From an uncultured archaeon (GTDB taxonomy: Archaea; Thermoplasmatota; Poseidoniia; MGIII; CAYLMJ01): a stretch of 64,000 nucleotides of DNA. Below, piece by piece: positions 12,093 to 25,630 of this stretch (its first letter is position 1; each line of letters opens with the position of its first letter). The position numbers and the translations under genes are program-made. Under the pieces are notes generated by a model. The model made no database searches. It was given only the letters and a program-made list of their open reading frames with translations, and was not told the DNA's origin. Location: NCBI GenBank assembly GCA_964384995.1, contig CAYLMJ010000003.1, positions 25,007 through 89,006 of the forward strand, in the 5' to 3' direction.

Positions 12093-15000
12093 ATGAGCTA
12101 TCACCAATATCCTTCGCGTCTGTTCCTGGCCTTCCTCCTCATCCTGGTGGCGATCGTGACCGCCAGCCTTCTGCTTGCCGGCCCCTTCTCCAGCGATGCG
12201 GCGGCCGCCACCTCCTACGAGGCGGAGCTGGTCAGGGACATCAACACCCACAACGTTGGTTCGTCTCCCAACGACATCATCGTCTTCAATTCCACCATGT
12301 ACTTTGAGGCCAGCAACGGCATCCTGGGCTACGAGCTGTGGAAGAGCGACGGGACCGAGGCCGGCACTGAGCTGGTCAAGGATATCAATCCCGGATTGGA
12401 AAAATCCCAACCAAGTAGCCTGACCGTCGCGGGAGACCATTTCTTTTTCATAGCCGACGACGGCACCACCGGCAAGGAGCTGTGGAAGAGCGACGGCACC
12501 GAAGGGGGCACGGTGTTGGTCAAGGACATACGGCCAGGCCCTTCCAGAAGCGACATCAAGTATCTCACGGCCGTCGGTCCCAGGGTCTTCTTCCAGGCCT
12601 ACAACGCGACCTACGGCCACGAACTGTGGGTGTCCGATGGCACCACCGCCGGAACGAAGATGGTGAAGGACATCAGATCTGGGAGCCTATCCGCAAACAT
12701 CCTCTCCCTGGCACCCTTCAACTCGGAGCTCTACTTCGCTGCCAGTGACGGGTCGAATGGTACCGAACTGTGGAGATCGGATGGTACCGCCGAGGGGACA
12801 GTGATGGTGAAGGACCTCAATCCGGGCGTCGGCGGCTCCTCGCCCGCCCACCTGGTGGAGTTCGATTCGAAGCTCTTCTTTCAGGCCGATGATGGGACCG
12901 GAGGCCCCGAACTGTGGTGGACCAACGGCACCACCGAAGGGACCGAGCTCTTCCTCGAGATATACCCCGGCGCCAATGGCTCATCCCCGGAACACCTGAC
13001 CGTCATCGGCTCTCACCTCTACTTCGCGGCCGATGATGGGACCAACGGCAACGAGCTCTGGAGGTCCAACGGCACCGCGGGCGGTACTTCCATGATCAAG
13101 GACCTGAGACCCGGTTCGGAAGGTAGCGCGCCCTCCCAGTTCGCGGGCAATGACTCGATGGTCTTCTTCGAAGCCTACGATGACGATCACAGCTACGAAC
13201 TGTGGATAACCGATGGCACCGGGGCGGGCACCGGGCTGGTCAAGGACCTCAATCCGGGCACCAATGGCTCCTATCCCGACAGCCTGGTGTTCTTCGACTC
13301 TCACCTCTTCTTCAGTGCCAATGACGGTACAAACCACAAGGAGCTGTGGAAGAGCAACGGCACCGAAGCTGGCACAATGCTGGTCAAGGACATCTATCAT
13401 GGCAGTCGGGGCTCGAGCCCCGACGATATCATCATCCTGGACCAACAGCTCTTCTTCGCGGCCCGGAACATGGAGCAGGGCACAGAGCTGTGGAAGAGCG
13501 ATGGGACCGAAGGTGGGACGGTCTTGGTCAAGGACATCAATCTGGTCACAGGTGACGGACCCGATACGAGCGAATGGGCAATTGTCGATTCGACCATGTT
13601 CTTCAGGGCCGACAACGGTGTCAACGGCACCGAACTGTGGAAGAGTGACGGAACCGAGGCTGGCACGGTCATGGTCAAGGACATCAGACCAGGCGAGGAG
13701 AGAGGCCTCGTCAGTGACCTTGTGGCCATGGGCTCTGCGGTCTACTTCACCGCCGATGACGGGGTTCACGGCAGTGAACTGTGGAAGAGTGACGGAACCG
13801 AGGCTGGCACGGTCATGATCAAGGATATCAATCTGGGTTCAGTGGGGTCCTCTTCGATGATCAAGACGGTCGTGGGCTCGGAGATCTTTTTCAGATGCTA
13901 CACCGAGGAGACGGGAAGCGAACTGTGCAAGACCGATGGCACCGAGAACGGCACGGTCTTGGTCAAGGATATTTACGCTGGGGAGGATAGCTCCCAGCTC
14001 GGCACGTTCACCGTGATGGGTTCTCACCTCTACTTCTCCGCTGTCGATGATACCCACGGCACGGCGCTGTGGAAGAGTGACGGGACCGAGAACGGCACGG
14101 TCATGGTCAAGGATATCGAGGTTGGGCCCGCCGGTTTGGTGGTAAACGATTCCAAATTCTATTTCAAGGCCGAGGACAAAGCGGGCACCTATGGCGACGA
14201 GCTATGGGTGACCAACGGGACCGAGGAGGGCACCATGATGGTGAAGGACCTCGAGCCCGGTTCCCAAGGCTCCAGTGTTCGCAATTTCATAGCAATGGGG
14301 TCGATCCTCTACTTCCAGGCCGACAACGAGACCTACGGATGGGAGCTGTGGCGCAGCAACGGAACGGCCGAGGGGACCTACATGCTCAAGGACATCAATC
14401 CCGGTGTGAACAACTCCCAGGTCCAGGATTTCTTTGTCCATGATTCGGTCCTTTACTTCAACGCCAATGACGGTACCCACGGTTTCGAGATGTGGACGAG
14501 TGACGGCACCCCTGCCGGCACGAAGCTGTTCAAGGACTTGAATCCCGAGGCCTATGGTTGGCCTTCATCTTGGTTCGAGTTCGACGGCAAACTGTTCTTC
14601 CGGGCCTCCGATAAGGCCCACGGCACTGAGCTGTGGATGACCGACGGGACCGTGGAGGGCACGGTACTGGCGGCTGACCTCTGGCCAGGGGAGGGAACGC
14701 CTTACTTCAACAACCCCATGGTCGTCGATGATGAGCTATACTTCACCATTGACTTCGAACAATATGGCCGCGAGCTGGCTAAGCTGGTAAGAACCTCCAG
14801 CCCCCCTGTGGCCGACCCAGGCGGACCCTACACCATCGACGAGGGCGACCAACTGGAGCTTGACGGCTCGGGCTCCGCCGCCATCGATGGCAGTCTGGCG
14901 AGCTGGCACTGGGACCTGGACGATGATGGTGAGTACGATGACGCCACCGGCGAATCGCCCGTCGTGTCGTGGGCCTCCCTGGTCTCCCTGGGCCTGGACG

Positions 15001-15704
15001 ATGATGGCGGATACACCGTGGGTCTGAAGGTCACCGATGACAACGGGACCACGGCCGTCAACACCACGACCCTGACCATCGACAACCTCGCTCCAACAAT
15101 CACCACGGCCCATGACCTTTCGGCCAGCATCGATGCCCTCTATCAGGTGGATTACGAGGCCACAGACCCCAACGCCCTGGATGCGCTGGTCTGGAACCTG
15201 ACCACCGACGCCGGCTGGCTCTCGTTCAACGCCTCCACGGCCGTGCTCAAGGGCACCCCGGGAGCGGCCGACATGGGCACCTACTGGGTTAACATCATCG
15301 TGAGGGACGGTTACGGCGGCCAGGATGGGGACAACTTCACCTTGACCGTTCAGCCTCCAGGGATCAACTACTCCAGGGGCGGCGCCATCGTGACCTTGAC
15401 CCTCCATGAGTCCAACGAGACCACGGGTACCGTGAAGGTTTCTTTCGGTGAGGTCGAGAACCTTGTGCTTCAGGCGAACCAGACCGTCGAGGTCGATATC
15501 GATGGCGATGGCAGGGCCGACACAAGGGTCACCCTCACCGGCTTCGATGTCGATGGTCGGCCGCTGATATCCTTCATGGTCATTCAGGGAGAGGGCCCTG
15601 CACTGCCCGAGGTGGAAGAGGATGAGCCTGCCGTGGGGATGATGGTGGCCATGGTGGCCATCGGAATGGTGGCCTTGATACGTCGGGCAAGGGATCGCCG
15701 ATAA
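12093..15704 (+). CDS. ELWxxDGT repeat surface protein with PKD and Ig/cadherin-like domains and C-terminal anchor
   Basis: Signal peptide after ATG 12093; 17 ELW(K/R)(S/T)(D/N)GT..GT..VKDI repeats; PVADPGGPY PKD; EPAVG + TM + RR tail. Confidence 0.92.
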   Translation: MSYHQYPSRLFLAFLLILVAIVTASLLLAGPFSSDAAAATSYEAELVRDINTHNVGSSPNDIIVFNSTMYFEASNGILGYELWKSDGTEAGTELVKDINPGLEKSQPSSLTVAGDHFFFIADDGTTGKELWKSDGTEGGTVLVKDIRPGPSRSDIKYLTAVGPRVFFQAYNATYGHELWVSDGTTAGTKMVKDIRSGSLSANILSLAPFNSELYFAASDGSNGTELWRSDGTAEGTVMVKDLNPGVGGSSPAHLVEFDSKLFFQADDGTGGPELWWTNGTTEGTELFLEIYPGANGSSPEHLTVIGSHLYFAADDGTNGNELWRSNGTAGGTSMIKDLRPGSEGSAPSQFAGNDSMVFFEAYDDDHSYELWITDGTGAGTGLVKDLNPGTNGSYPDSLVFFDSHLFFSANDGTNHKELWKSNGTEAGTMLVKDIYHGSRGSSPDDIIILDQQLFFAARNMEQGTELWKSDGTEGGTVLVKDINLVTGDGPDTSEWAIVDSTMFFRADNGVNGTELWKSDGTEAGTVMVKDIRPGEERGLVSDLVAMGSAVYFTADDGVHGSELWKSDGTEAGTVMIKDINLGSVGSSSMIKTVVGSEIFFRCYTEETGSELCKTDGTENGTVLVKDIYAGEDSSQLGTFTVMGSHLYFSAVDDTHGTALWKSDGTENGTVMVKDIEVGPAGLVVNDSKFYFKAEDKAGTYGDELWVTNGTEEGTMMVKDLEPGSQGSSVRNFIAMGSILYFQADNETYGWELWRSNGTAEGTYMLKDINPGVNNSQVQDFFVHDSVLYFNANDGTHGFEMWTSDGTPAGTKLFKDLNPEAYGWPSSWFEFDGKLFFRASDKAHGTELWMTDGTVEGTVLAADLWPGEGTPYFNNPMVVDDELYFTIDFEQYGRELAKLVRTSSPPVADPGGPYTIDEGDQLELDGSGSAAIDGSLASWHWDLDDDGEYDDATGESPVVSWASLVSLGLDDDGGYTVGLKVTDDNGTTAVNTTTLTIDNLAPTITTAHDLSASIDALYQVDYEATDPNALDALVWNLTTDAGWLSFNASTAVLKGTPGAADMGTYWVNIIVRDGYGGQDGDNFTLTVQPPGINYSRGGAIVTLTLHESNETTGTVKVSFGEVENLVLQANQTVEVDIDGDGRADTRVTLTGFDVDGRPLISFMVIQGEGPALPEVEEDEPAVGMMVAMVAIGMVALIRRARDRR

Positions 15705-15989
15705 GCTTGAGCCTTGGCTTGCCTTTGAACATACCACAGCTCAAATAGTATAGCGTCCTGAATGTACCGGGCCTGTCAACCGCTGGTTTTCCACAGTTTT
15801 TATGAAACACACGTTGGCAGGTCCCACCTGCAAGGAACGATGGTCTGGACTGCCCTGTGCAATATCTTCTTAATGCTGGATGGTGGGCTCGATCTGCCTC
15901 AGGCTACGAAGCAGTTGAATGAACTGAGCGAGAAAGGCGCTGGCTAACGCTGGGGCGGCGCGTTGGATAGGCAGTTCAGGAGAAGTTGA

Positions 15990-16130
15990 CTATCCGCCGA
16001 TCTTGTACATGCCGGTGCCGCACTTGGGGCACTTGCCTTTCTTGGCTTTGCGGCCGTTCTTCATCGTGACGTCTTGTGCGTCGGCCATCTCTTGCTTGGC
16101 CTTGCATTTTACACAGTAGGCTTCGACCAT
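15990..16130 (-). CDS. Small Zn-ribbon protein, DUF5679-like (46 aa)
   Basis: Manual translation MVEAYCVKCKAKQEMADAQDVTMKNGRKAKKGKCPKCGTGMYKIGG; TTTAATA upstream; below the ORF-track size cutoff. Confidence 0.88.
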   Translation of the reverse strand: MVEAYCVKCKAKQEMADAQDVTMKNGRKAKKGKCPKCGTGMYKIGG

Positions 16131-16394
16131 GGGGTAAACCTCGTCGAGCCACCTTATCGTCGGTATTAAAGCGCCACGACCTGATGCTCAAGAGTGATAA
16201 GGATAGGTGATGGGGCAGAAATGGGAAATTTTAGTGATAACTGGCTTTATTGAGATTGCAGTTCGAGTATTGATGGAATGGTAGGTGTTGGATTTCAAAC
16301 CCACATCAATCCCATTCGAATACTAATTGACCTCCCGAGCGAAGCGAGGGGGGTCGAGAGTTTTTGAAGCTATATTTTTTCCAAAAAGATAGAG

Positions 16395-16469
16395 TAGCGG
16401 GGGGTGGATTTGAACCACCGATCTCCGGGTTATGAGCCCGACGGGATGTCCTAGCTACCCCACCCCGCT
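16395..16469 (-). tRNA. Initiator tRNA-Met(CAT)
   Basis: AGCGGGGTGGGGTAGCTAGG...CGGG-CTCATAA-CCCG...GGTTCAAATCC; A1:U72 pair and three G-C pairs in the anticodon stem, as in archaeal initiators. Confidence 0.96.
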
Positions 16470-16638
16470 ACGTGGTCTGGGGTCGTGTGCAAAGCCGCGG
16501 CCATAAAAAGCCTTGCGGCCCCTCTCGTCGGGAACCCATTTTGCGGGCGCATCATATCGTTCAGCCCAGCGGGTGGCCACCGTGCATTTAGGAGGCGGGC
16601 CTTCGGGCCATCTTCGACCTACATCTGTTAGGCTCGGC

Positions 16639-20075
<3,437 letters not shown>

Positions 20076-20079
<4 letters not shown>

Positions 20080-21338
20080 GGGTCTCCCTTGCCCCCTCCC
20101 GTTAGTTTCAGGAACTCGTCGAAGAGATGGTTGGTGTCCCAGGGTCCCGGATGGGCCTCGGGATGGAACTGCACCGACTCCACCGTCAGCTCGGCATGGG
20201 TCAGCCCCTCGTTGGTGTTGTCGTTGAGATTGATGCGGGTGGCCCGAAGCTCATCGGGCAGCTCGGCCACGGCATAGCCATGGTTCTGGGAGGTGATGTA
20301 ACAGCGTCCGGTGTCCAGCTCCTTCACCGGCTGGTTGCCCCCCCGGTGTCCGAACTTGAGCTTGGCCGTCGTGGCCCCGAAGGCCAGACCCAGCAGTTGA
20401 TGGCCCAGGCAGATGCCGGCGATGGGGAGCCCGTCATCGGCGGCTCGCCGCATCAGCTCGCCCAGCGGCTTCAGATCACCATGGTCGGGGTCGCCGGGAC
20501 CATTGGAGACAAAGAGCATATCGGGCTGGGCCGACCGCACCTGGTCGTAGCCGGCGTTCCAGGGCAGGCGCAGCAGACTGGCCCGATCCTGCCACTCCCG
20601 CAGGATGTTGGCCTTGACCCCGGTATCGATGAGGACGATGAGAGGACCGGGGGTGTCGGGCCGACCCGCCGCCACGTCCCATGTCTTGGGGTCCAGACCG
20701 GTGTTGGTCGTGCCGGAGATGCCGCTGTCTATCTTCTGCCCGCCTGCGCCCCGGGGATAGAGCAAAGCCTCCTGACACGAGACCTCGGCCACCAGGTTGG
20801 AGTCGCTGGGCCAGGCCATGGAGGCCGCCTGCTCCAGCAATTCGTCGGGGTCCAGGTCATCGCCCACCCCCACCAGACAGCGCAGGGTCCCCCGCTCCCG
20901 GATGGAGACGGTTAAGGCCCGGGTGTCCAGGCCGGTGATGCCCGGCCGCCCCTGGACCTCCAGGAAGTCGTGGAAGGTGCCCACGCTCAGTCGATGGTTG
21001 GGTTTGCGGCACCATGAACGGACGATGACCGCCTCGGGCCAGACCCGCTCGGACTCGGCCGCGGCGGGGGCCACGCCGTAGTTGCCGATGAGGGGGAAGG
21101 TGAACATCAGCACCTGACCGGCGTAGGATGGGTCGGTGCATGACTCCTGGTAGCCGGTCATTCCAGTGGCGAAGACCAGCTCGCCCCGGCCGATGCCGGC
21201 GGCACCGAACCCCTCTCCATGGAACAGCCGACCATCCTCCAGGGCCAGGCAGGCCTTCTGTCCCAGACCCGAAGTGACCTTGGTTTCGGATCCCCCAGAA
21301 CCTCCCCGGACTCTCCCGGTTCCGGTCCGTTGGGTCAT
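20076..21338 (-). CDS. carA: Carbamoyl-phosphate synthase small subunit
   Basis: GELVFATGMTGYQE..TDPSY, SNGPGDP, GICLGHQ, QNHGYAV, VQFHPEA; GGAGGTG RBS upstream of ATG 21338; overlaps carB start. Confidence 0.96.
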
Positions 21339-21512
21339 CCTTCCCACCTCCGAAAATCGACGACCAGCTCTGACCAGGGGGCCTCAGCCGGCCCGGTGGA
21401 GCAGGTGGGTTCTGGCACTCGCACTCGATATCGACCTGCCGCCCATAAGCGGGTGTTCTATAAGGGTTGCGCAGGCCAAAATCTGCCTTGATAGAGACGC
21501 GGACCAGACCAT

Positions 21513-21558
21513 GGGGACAGGGGATAATAGAGGGGATTCCCGAGGCTGATTTTAATAG
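21513..21558 (+). promoter_or_regulatory. Shared upstream motif + TATA (copy 1, pilin-like gene)
   Basis: GGGGA-CA-GGGGA-TAATAG-AGGGGATTCCC-N10-TTAATAG, ~30 bp before ATG 21589. Confidence 0.65.
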
Positions 21559-21588
21559 TATCAGACGCAACCGATATATGGTGTAAAG

Positions 21589-22095
21589 ATGACCGAACTG
21601 GATTTGAAGAAGGATAGCAACGCAAGATCGGCAGTGATCGCCGTCGTCGCAATGATGCTCATCGCCTTGAGCCTTGCAGGCCTGTTGTATACTTGGAGCT
21701 CAAGCTTTCTGGAACAGGGTGAGGCGGCGCCCATAATCCAAATGGACTGCTCCAAGGACGCCAATGGCAACTACCGTTGCGTGGTCATCAAGGTCAGCAA
21801 GAGCTACTCCATGAAGGGAGGCACCTACTCTTTCTTCCTGAAGGATGAGACCGGTCTATCGAAGATGTTTGGACCATTGTACGAGATATACTGTTTTCGT
21901 TATGGCGACGGCAAGGGCGTGGTGTATGCCGATTACAACCTCGACACCCGCCTGAACGCAGGGGATGTATTCTACATATATCCCGATGAACCCGGCTCGC
22001 CCTTGGAAGGTATCGTTGACATGGATGATTACAAGCTGGAGATCAAATACAACATCACCGACAGCACCGTCGGCAGTTTCAAGCTAGGTGGTTAG
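21589..22095 (+). CDS. Archaeal type IV pilin-like protein
   Basis: Short charged leader KKDSNA then RSAVIAVVAMMLIALSLAGLLYTWSSS, resembling the archaeal pilin N-terminus (AVSPVIA...LAGVLYVW); globular domain with YADYNLDTRLNAGD. Confidence 0.7.
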   Translation: MTELDLKKDSNARSAVIAVVAMMLIALSLAGLLYTWSSSFLEQGEAAPIIQMDCSKDANGNYRCVVIKVSKSYSMKGGTYSFFLKDETGLSKMFGPLYEIYCFRYGDGKGVVYADYNLDTRLNAGDVFYIYPDEPGSPLEGIVDMDDYKLEIKYNITDSTVGSFKLGG

Positions 22096-22145
22096 TTCAA
22101 CCCAGTCGAGAGCCCCCAGAAGTTGAACAAACGCCACCCAAAAGA

Positions 22146-22192
22146 GGGGAATAGGGGAGTTTTTGGGGACTTCCCACAGAGGTAATATATAG
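22146..22192 (+). promoter_or_regulatory. Shared upstream motif + TATA (copy 2)
   Basis: GGGGA-ATA-GGGGA-GTTTTT-GGGGACTTCCC-N10-TATATAG, ~31 bp before ATG 22224. Confidence 0.75.
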
Positions 22193-22223
22193 AAAAGCTG
22201 CCAAAGTATAATTGGTTGATCAA

Positions 22224-25200
22224 ATGAATGGAGCCTCCAGACTCACCATTCGCTCGCCCGGGTTTCTTCTCCTTTTCTCTTTGCTGGCGGGTGTGGTGGG
22301 CTCTGAATATGGTGGTTCCCGAGGTCACCAGAGGGGTTATGCACAACCATCCACAAGAGGCTCAGGTGAAGCATCGAATGAAAAGGCCTCCCGACCCTGG
22401 CCGGCCTCAGAGCTCCGCCGCTGGCCCATTGAACGATTGATGAAACGGGCCCTGGAACTGGAACGCTCCGCTCCCCGCAAGGCGCTGATGCTCTACTATC
22501 ACCTGACCGAGCGCTCGACCATGGTCCTGCGTCGTTCCATGCGGCTCTTTGCCATCATCGTGTCGGCCTACAGTCTCATCTTCTCCATCTTCTTGAACCT
22601 GGGCCTGTCGATATTCTTCTTCATATCTCTCGTCGGAGCCTGCCTCTACCATCCCCGGACCAAAGTGGATCGCAACCTGGGTTACCTGGCCCAGCTGGGC
22701 ATCGCCCGCTGTTACATGCTTCTGGGAGCTCCCTACAAGGCCTATCGCTACCTCGAGGTGGCCCGGGTGGAGAGCCCGCCCCGCCTCAAGGCCCTGCACG
22801 AGTCCCTCCTGGCCATCATCCGCGGCCGGCGCAAGCAGGCCCTGGCCCATCTCGATCGGGCTCGAGAACGCCACAACGATCTTCGCACCTGGGGTCTCGC
22901 CTGGCCCTACTACCGCTCCTCGGCCACCAACACCGGAAAACTGATGGGAGCCATGAAGCCGGGCGCAACATCTCGCAGTGAGCAAGCCAAGAAGGGAACC
23001 TCAACTGGCGTGGACGCGAGGCCGGTACGACACCATCGCGAGCGGGCGGTTTCAGGGAATGCTCATCAGATCCAGTGCATTCACAAGGGTTCGGCCCCCA
23101 CCAAACATCAGCTGTTGAAGGAGGCCTTCCGGCTGGAGCCAACCAAGCCCCATTCGGCCATCTACCTCTACAACCAGGTGGGTCTGAAATCCGAACGGGC
23201 CCTGCGCAAGCTGGCGCTCCTGTTCCTGCTCATCCTGATCCCCCTGACCCTGGACAGCGTCTGCTTCATCTTCGTCATCCTCAGCCTGGTCATCGTGCTC
23301 CTGATATACGGCGAGCCCCACCGCTTCGTGGTGGCCCGGGAACTGGCACCCCTGGGAGCGGCTCGATGCTACCTGCGCACCGGTCAGACCAACCAGGCCA
23401 ACCGTCGTCTGAACCAGGTCTTCAAACGCCGCCTCCCCTACCTGCGTCCCCTCTACAATGCCACGGTCTCCATCGGGGCCGGGCGCAACGATCAGGTGGA
23501 ACACTACCTGAAGAGGTCCCCGCTGTACAATCTCAGCAAGGCGAGCCAGTTCTACTATCGCAGCTCCCTGGAGCTGACCCGGCGGTTGAGCAAGGACCTG
23601 GCGGTCGAGAACTTCGACGTGGCCACGAAGAGCCCGCAGGATGAGCGCTGGAGAAAGCCGGCGCAGGCCGCAAGGTCCTCACCCGCGGAGTCCAAGACCG
23701 ATGAGCCCACGCCCGAGAAGCCTATACCGGTGGCAAGCAAGCCTCTCACAACCGACGCGGTGAGCTCTGCCGAACCGGTGGTATCGGTGATCAACGATGA
23801 GGGTCATCTGGACCCCACGGTCAAGGCCGGGGAGCCCGACCCCCTGACCTTCACCATCGGCTCCCGGATCTACCATCTTAACCTGGGCGCCGGCACCATC
23901 CAGGCCCGCTTCCCCCACGGGAGGAACTGGCGCCTGAGGGTCCAGTTCGACCGCTCCACCGAGATCCACGATGTCATCTCCAACTACCTCACCCCCATGG
24001 GGAAAGCGACCGCCGTCGAACCCCCTTCCAAGCCCGAAGGTGTGGTCGCCAGGTTCGCCGGACCTCCCGGGGTACGCCCCATCGCGGATCGCAACCTGCG
24101 TCCGGTCCTGCCCTTTGCCTCGCCTGTCACCCCCAACGCGGCCATGGCGTCGCGACCCCTTCCCGCTCCGATCCCGGTCCAGGCCTCCTCTGCTGGTCAA
24201 CCCGCCCCCCGAGTACCCCACCGGGAAGTCCTGCAGGAGCCCTACCATGTGGAATGGATGGATCTGATAACTGTGGAGGCCAGCGGGACCCCCGACCTTG
24301 AAGATGAAATCACAACCGAGCCCGAGCCCGTACAGGTGTCCGAACCCGAACCAGCCTCTCAGCCTGAGCTCCAACAGGAGTCCCAACCAGACCCCCAACC
24401 GGAGTCCCAACCAGACCCCCAGCCATCTGCCCCACCGGTATCAGCCACTGAGGGATCTGCCGAGGCAAACCACCCCAGCTCATGGCCGGTCCAGTGGGTC
24501 GATGCCGAGGTGGATGACCGGGTGGCCGAGCTCGACCAGCGCCTCGCCGAGCTGACCCAGCTGGTCCTTGAGCCCAAGGATGAACCGGACCCAGCTCCCA
24601 CTCCTGCCTCAGCCCCCGAAGCGACCCAAGTGGAGGTGGAGGCCCAACTCTCCCATCGACAGGCTCAGGTGCTCTACCTGGTCCGGGTCAGGAACCTTTC
24701 ATCCCGCCCCATCCTCGATGTGAAGGTGAAGCTTCATCTTGAGGGTCTTCAATTCAAAGTGGTGCAGGAGGCTCCCAACCAAAACTCCCTGGCTCCAGGA
24801 GGTTCAGGCAAGTTCCTCTACCTGCTGGAGCCCACCACCGAGGGAGCCAATGGCACCCTCAAGGCCGACCTCAGCTACATCGACCATCAGGGCGGCATGA
24901 CCGTGGAACAGCCCATCGAGGCCCTTGCCACCGGGATAGTGTGGCCCAGGCTGTCCGATATGAGGACCGACCGCAAGTGGCGCGAGGTCACCCGGGGGCT
25001 CGTATCCCACAAGGAGCGCTTCGACGGCGCTCCCCTGCCGCCGGGCCTCCTGTTCGAGCTGGTCTGCCGCATCCTGGGCGATCTCAACCTGCGCTCGCGC
25101 AAGCCCAAGCTCATCGAGACCTCCTCGTTCTATTCAGGCCGGGCACGATTCATGGCCCAGGATGAGGCTGGCAGATCCTGCGCGGTCCAGGCCGAGGTGG

Positions 25201-25427
25201 TGGGCGGCCCCCTGCGGACCCGTCTTCTGCTCAGGGTCTACGCCCCCTGCGAGGCCTCGGTGGCGGGACTCTATCATCTGGTGCGGGAGGAGCTGACCCT
25301 GCGCCTGGAGGTGGGCGAGGCCTCCGACCCGGTGGTCTACCAGGTCAACGGCGACTTCGTCGAGGGCTCCAAGACCGAGGTGCGCGACTCGGTGGTCAGC
25401 CGCTGGGCGGCCAACTCCGACGCGTAG
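22224..25427 (+). CDS. Membrane protein: two TPR-like/TM-hairpin modules, Tudor/SH3-like domain, Pro-rich linker, appendage-like C-terminal domain
   Basis: Internal duplication (LGIARCY / LGAARCY); C-terminal ~260 aa alignable by eye to products of 25631 and 28907. Confidence 0.8.
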   Translation: MNGASRLTIRSPGFLLLFSLLAGVVGSEYGGSRGHQRGYAQPSTRGSGEASNEKASRPWPASELRRWPIERLMKRALELERSAPRKALMLYYHLTERSTMVLRRSMRLFAIIVSAYSLIFSIFLNLGLSIFFFISLVGACLYHPRTKVDRNLGYLAQLGIARCYMLLGAPYKAYRYLEVARVESPPRLKALHESLLAIIRGRRKQALAHLDRARERHNDLRTWGLAWPYYRSSATNTGKLMGAMKPGATSRSEQAKKGTSTGVDARPVRHHRERAVSGNAHQIQCIHKGSAPTKHQLLKEAFRLEPTKPHSAIYLYNQVGLKSERALRKLALLFLLILIPLTLDSVCFIFVILSLVIVLLIYGEPHRFVVARELAPLGAARCYLRTGQTNQANRRLNQVFKRRLPYLRPLYNATVSIGAGRNDQVEHYLKRSPLYNLSKASQFYYRSSLELTRRLSKDLAVENFDVATKSPQDERWRKPAQAARSSPAESKTDEPTPEKPIPVASKPLTTDAVSSAEPVVSVINDEGHLDPTVKAGEPDPLTFTIGSRIYHLNLGAGTIQARFPHGRNWRLRVQFDRSTEIHDVISNYLTPMGKATAVEPPSKPEGVVARFAGPPGVRPIADRNLRPVLPFASPVTPNAAMASRPLPAPIPVQASSAGQPAPRVPHREVLQEPYHVEWMDLITVEASGTPDLEDEITTEPEPVQVSEPEPASQPELQQESQPDPQPESQPDPQPSAPPVSATEGSAEANHPSSWPVQWVDAEVDDRVAELDQRLAELTQLVLEPKDEPDPAPTPASAPEATQVEVEAQLSHRQAQVLYLVRVRNLSSRPILDVKVKLHLEGLQFKVVQEAPNQNSLAPGGSGKFLYLLEPTTEGANGTLKADLSYIDHQGGMTVEQPIEALATGIVWPRLSDMRTDRKWREVTRGLVSHKERFDGAPLPPGLLFELVCRILGDLNLRSRKPKLIETSSFYSGRARFMAQDEAGRSCAVQAEVVGGPLRTRLLLRVYAPCEASVAGLYHLVREELTLRLEVGEASDPVVYQVNGDFVEGSKTEVRDSVVSRWAANSDA

Positions 25428-25554
25428 GCCGAGCAAACGTCTCTCCTTCCCCTCCTCTTGCCCTCACTCCTGCTCTTGGCCCTGCTTGTGCAAATGCCTG
25501 TTCGATGGGTTGCGAACCCGGGTCATTCACCCCAAGAGAATGCTGGCTGAGGGA

Positions 25555-25600
25555 TGGGATAGGGGAGTATTGTGGGACTTCCCCCATTCTGCATATATAG
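25555..25600 (+). promoter_or_regulatory. Shared upstream motif + TATA (copy 3)
   Basis: TGGGA-TA-GGGGA-GTATTG-TGGGACTTCCC-N10-TATATAG, ~30 bp before ATG 25631. Confidence 0.75.
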
Positions 25601-25630
25601 ACCCAGACCAAACCATCTATCGGTGTAAGG

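Noticed and set aside
15976..16191. 71-aa ORF from the track
   Set aside because: The overlapping 46-aa frame (15990..16130) has a clear CxxC...CxxC family pattern and a suitably placed TATA
11548..16395. Integrated element between the two tRNAs
   Set aside because: No integrase or transposase, and no convincing duplicated tRNA 3' end (only a 9-bp CCCCCACAC echo near 11613)
25551..25576. G-quadruplex as explanation of the shared promoter motif
   Set aside because: Four G-runs are present only in this copy; the fixed spacing to TATA and the TTCCC half-site fit a protein-binding site better
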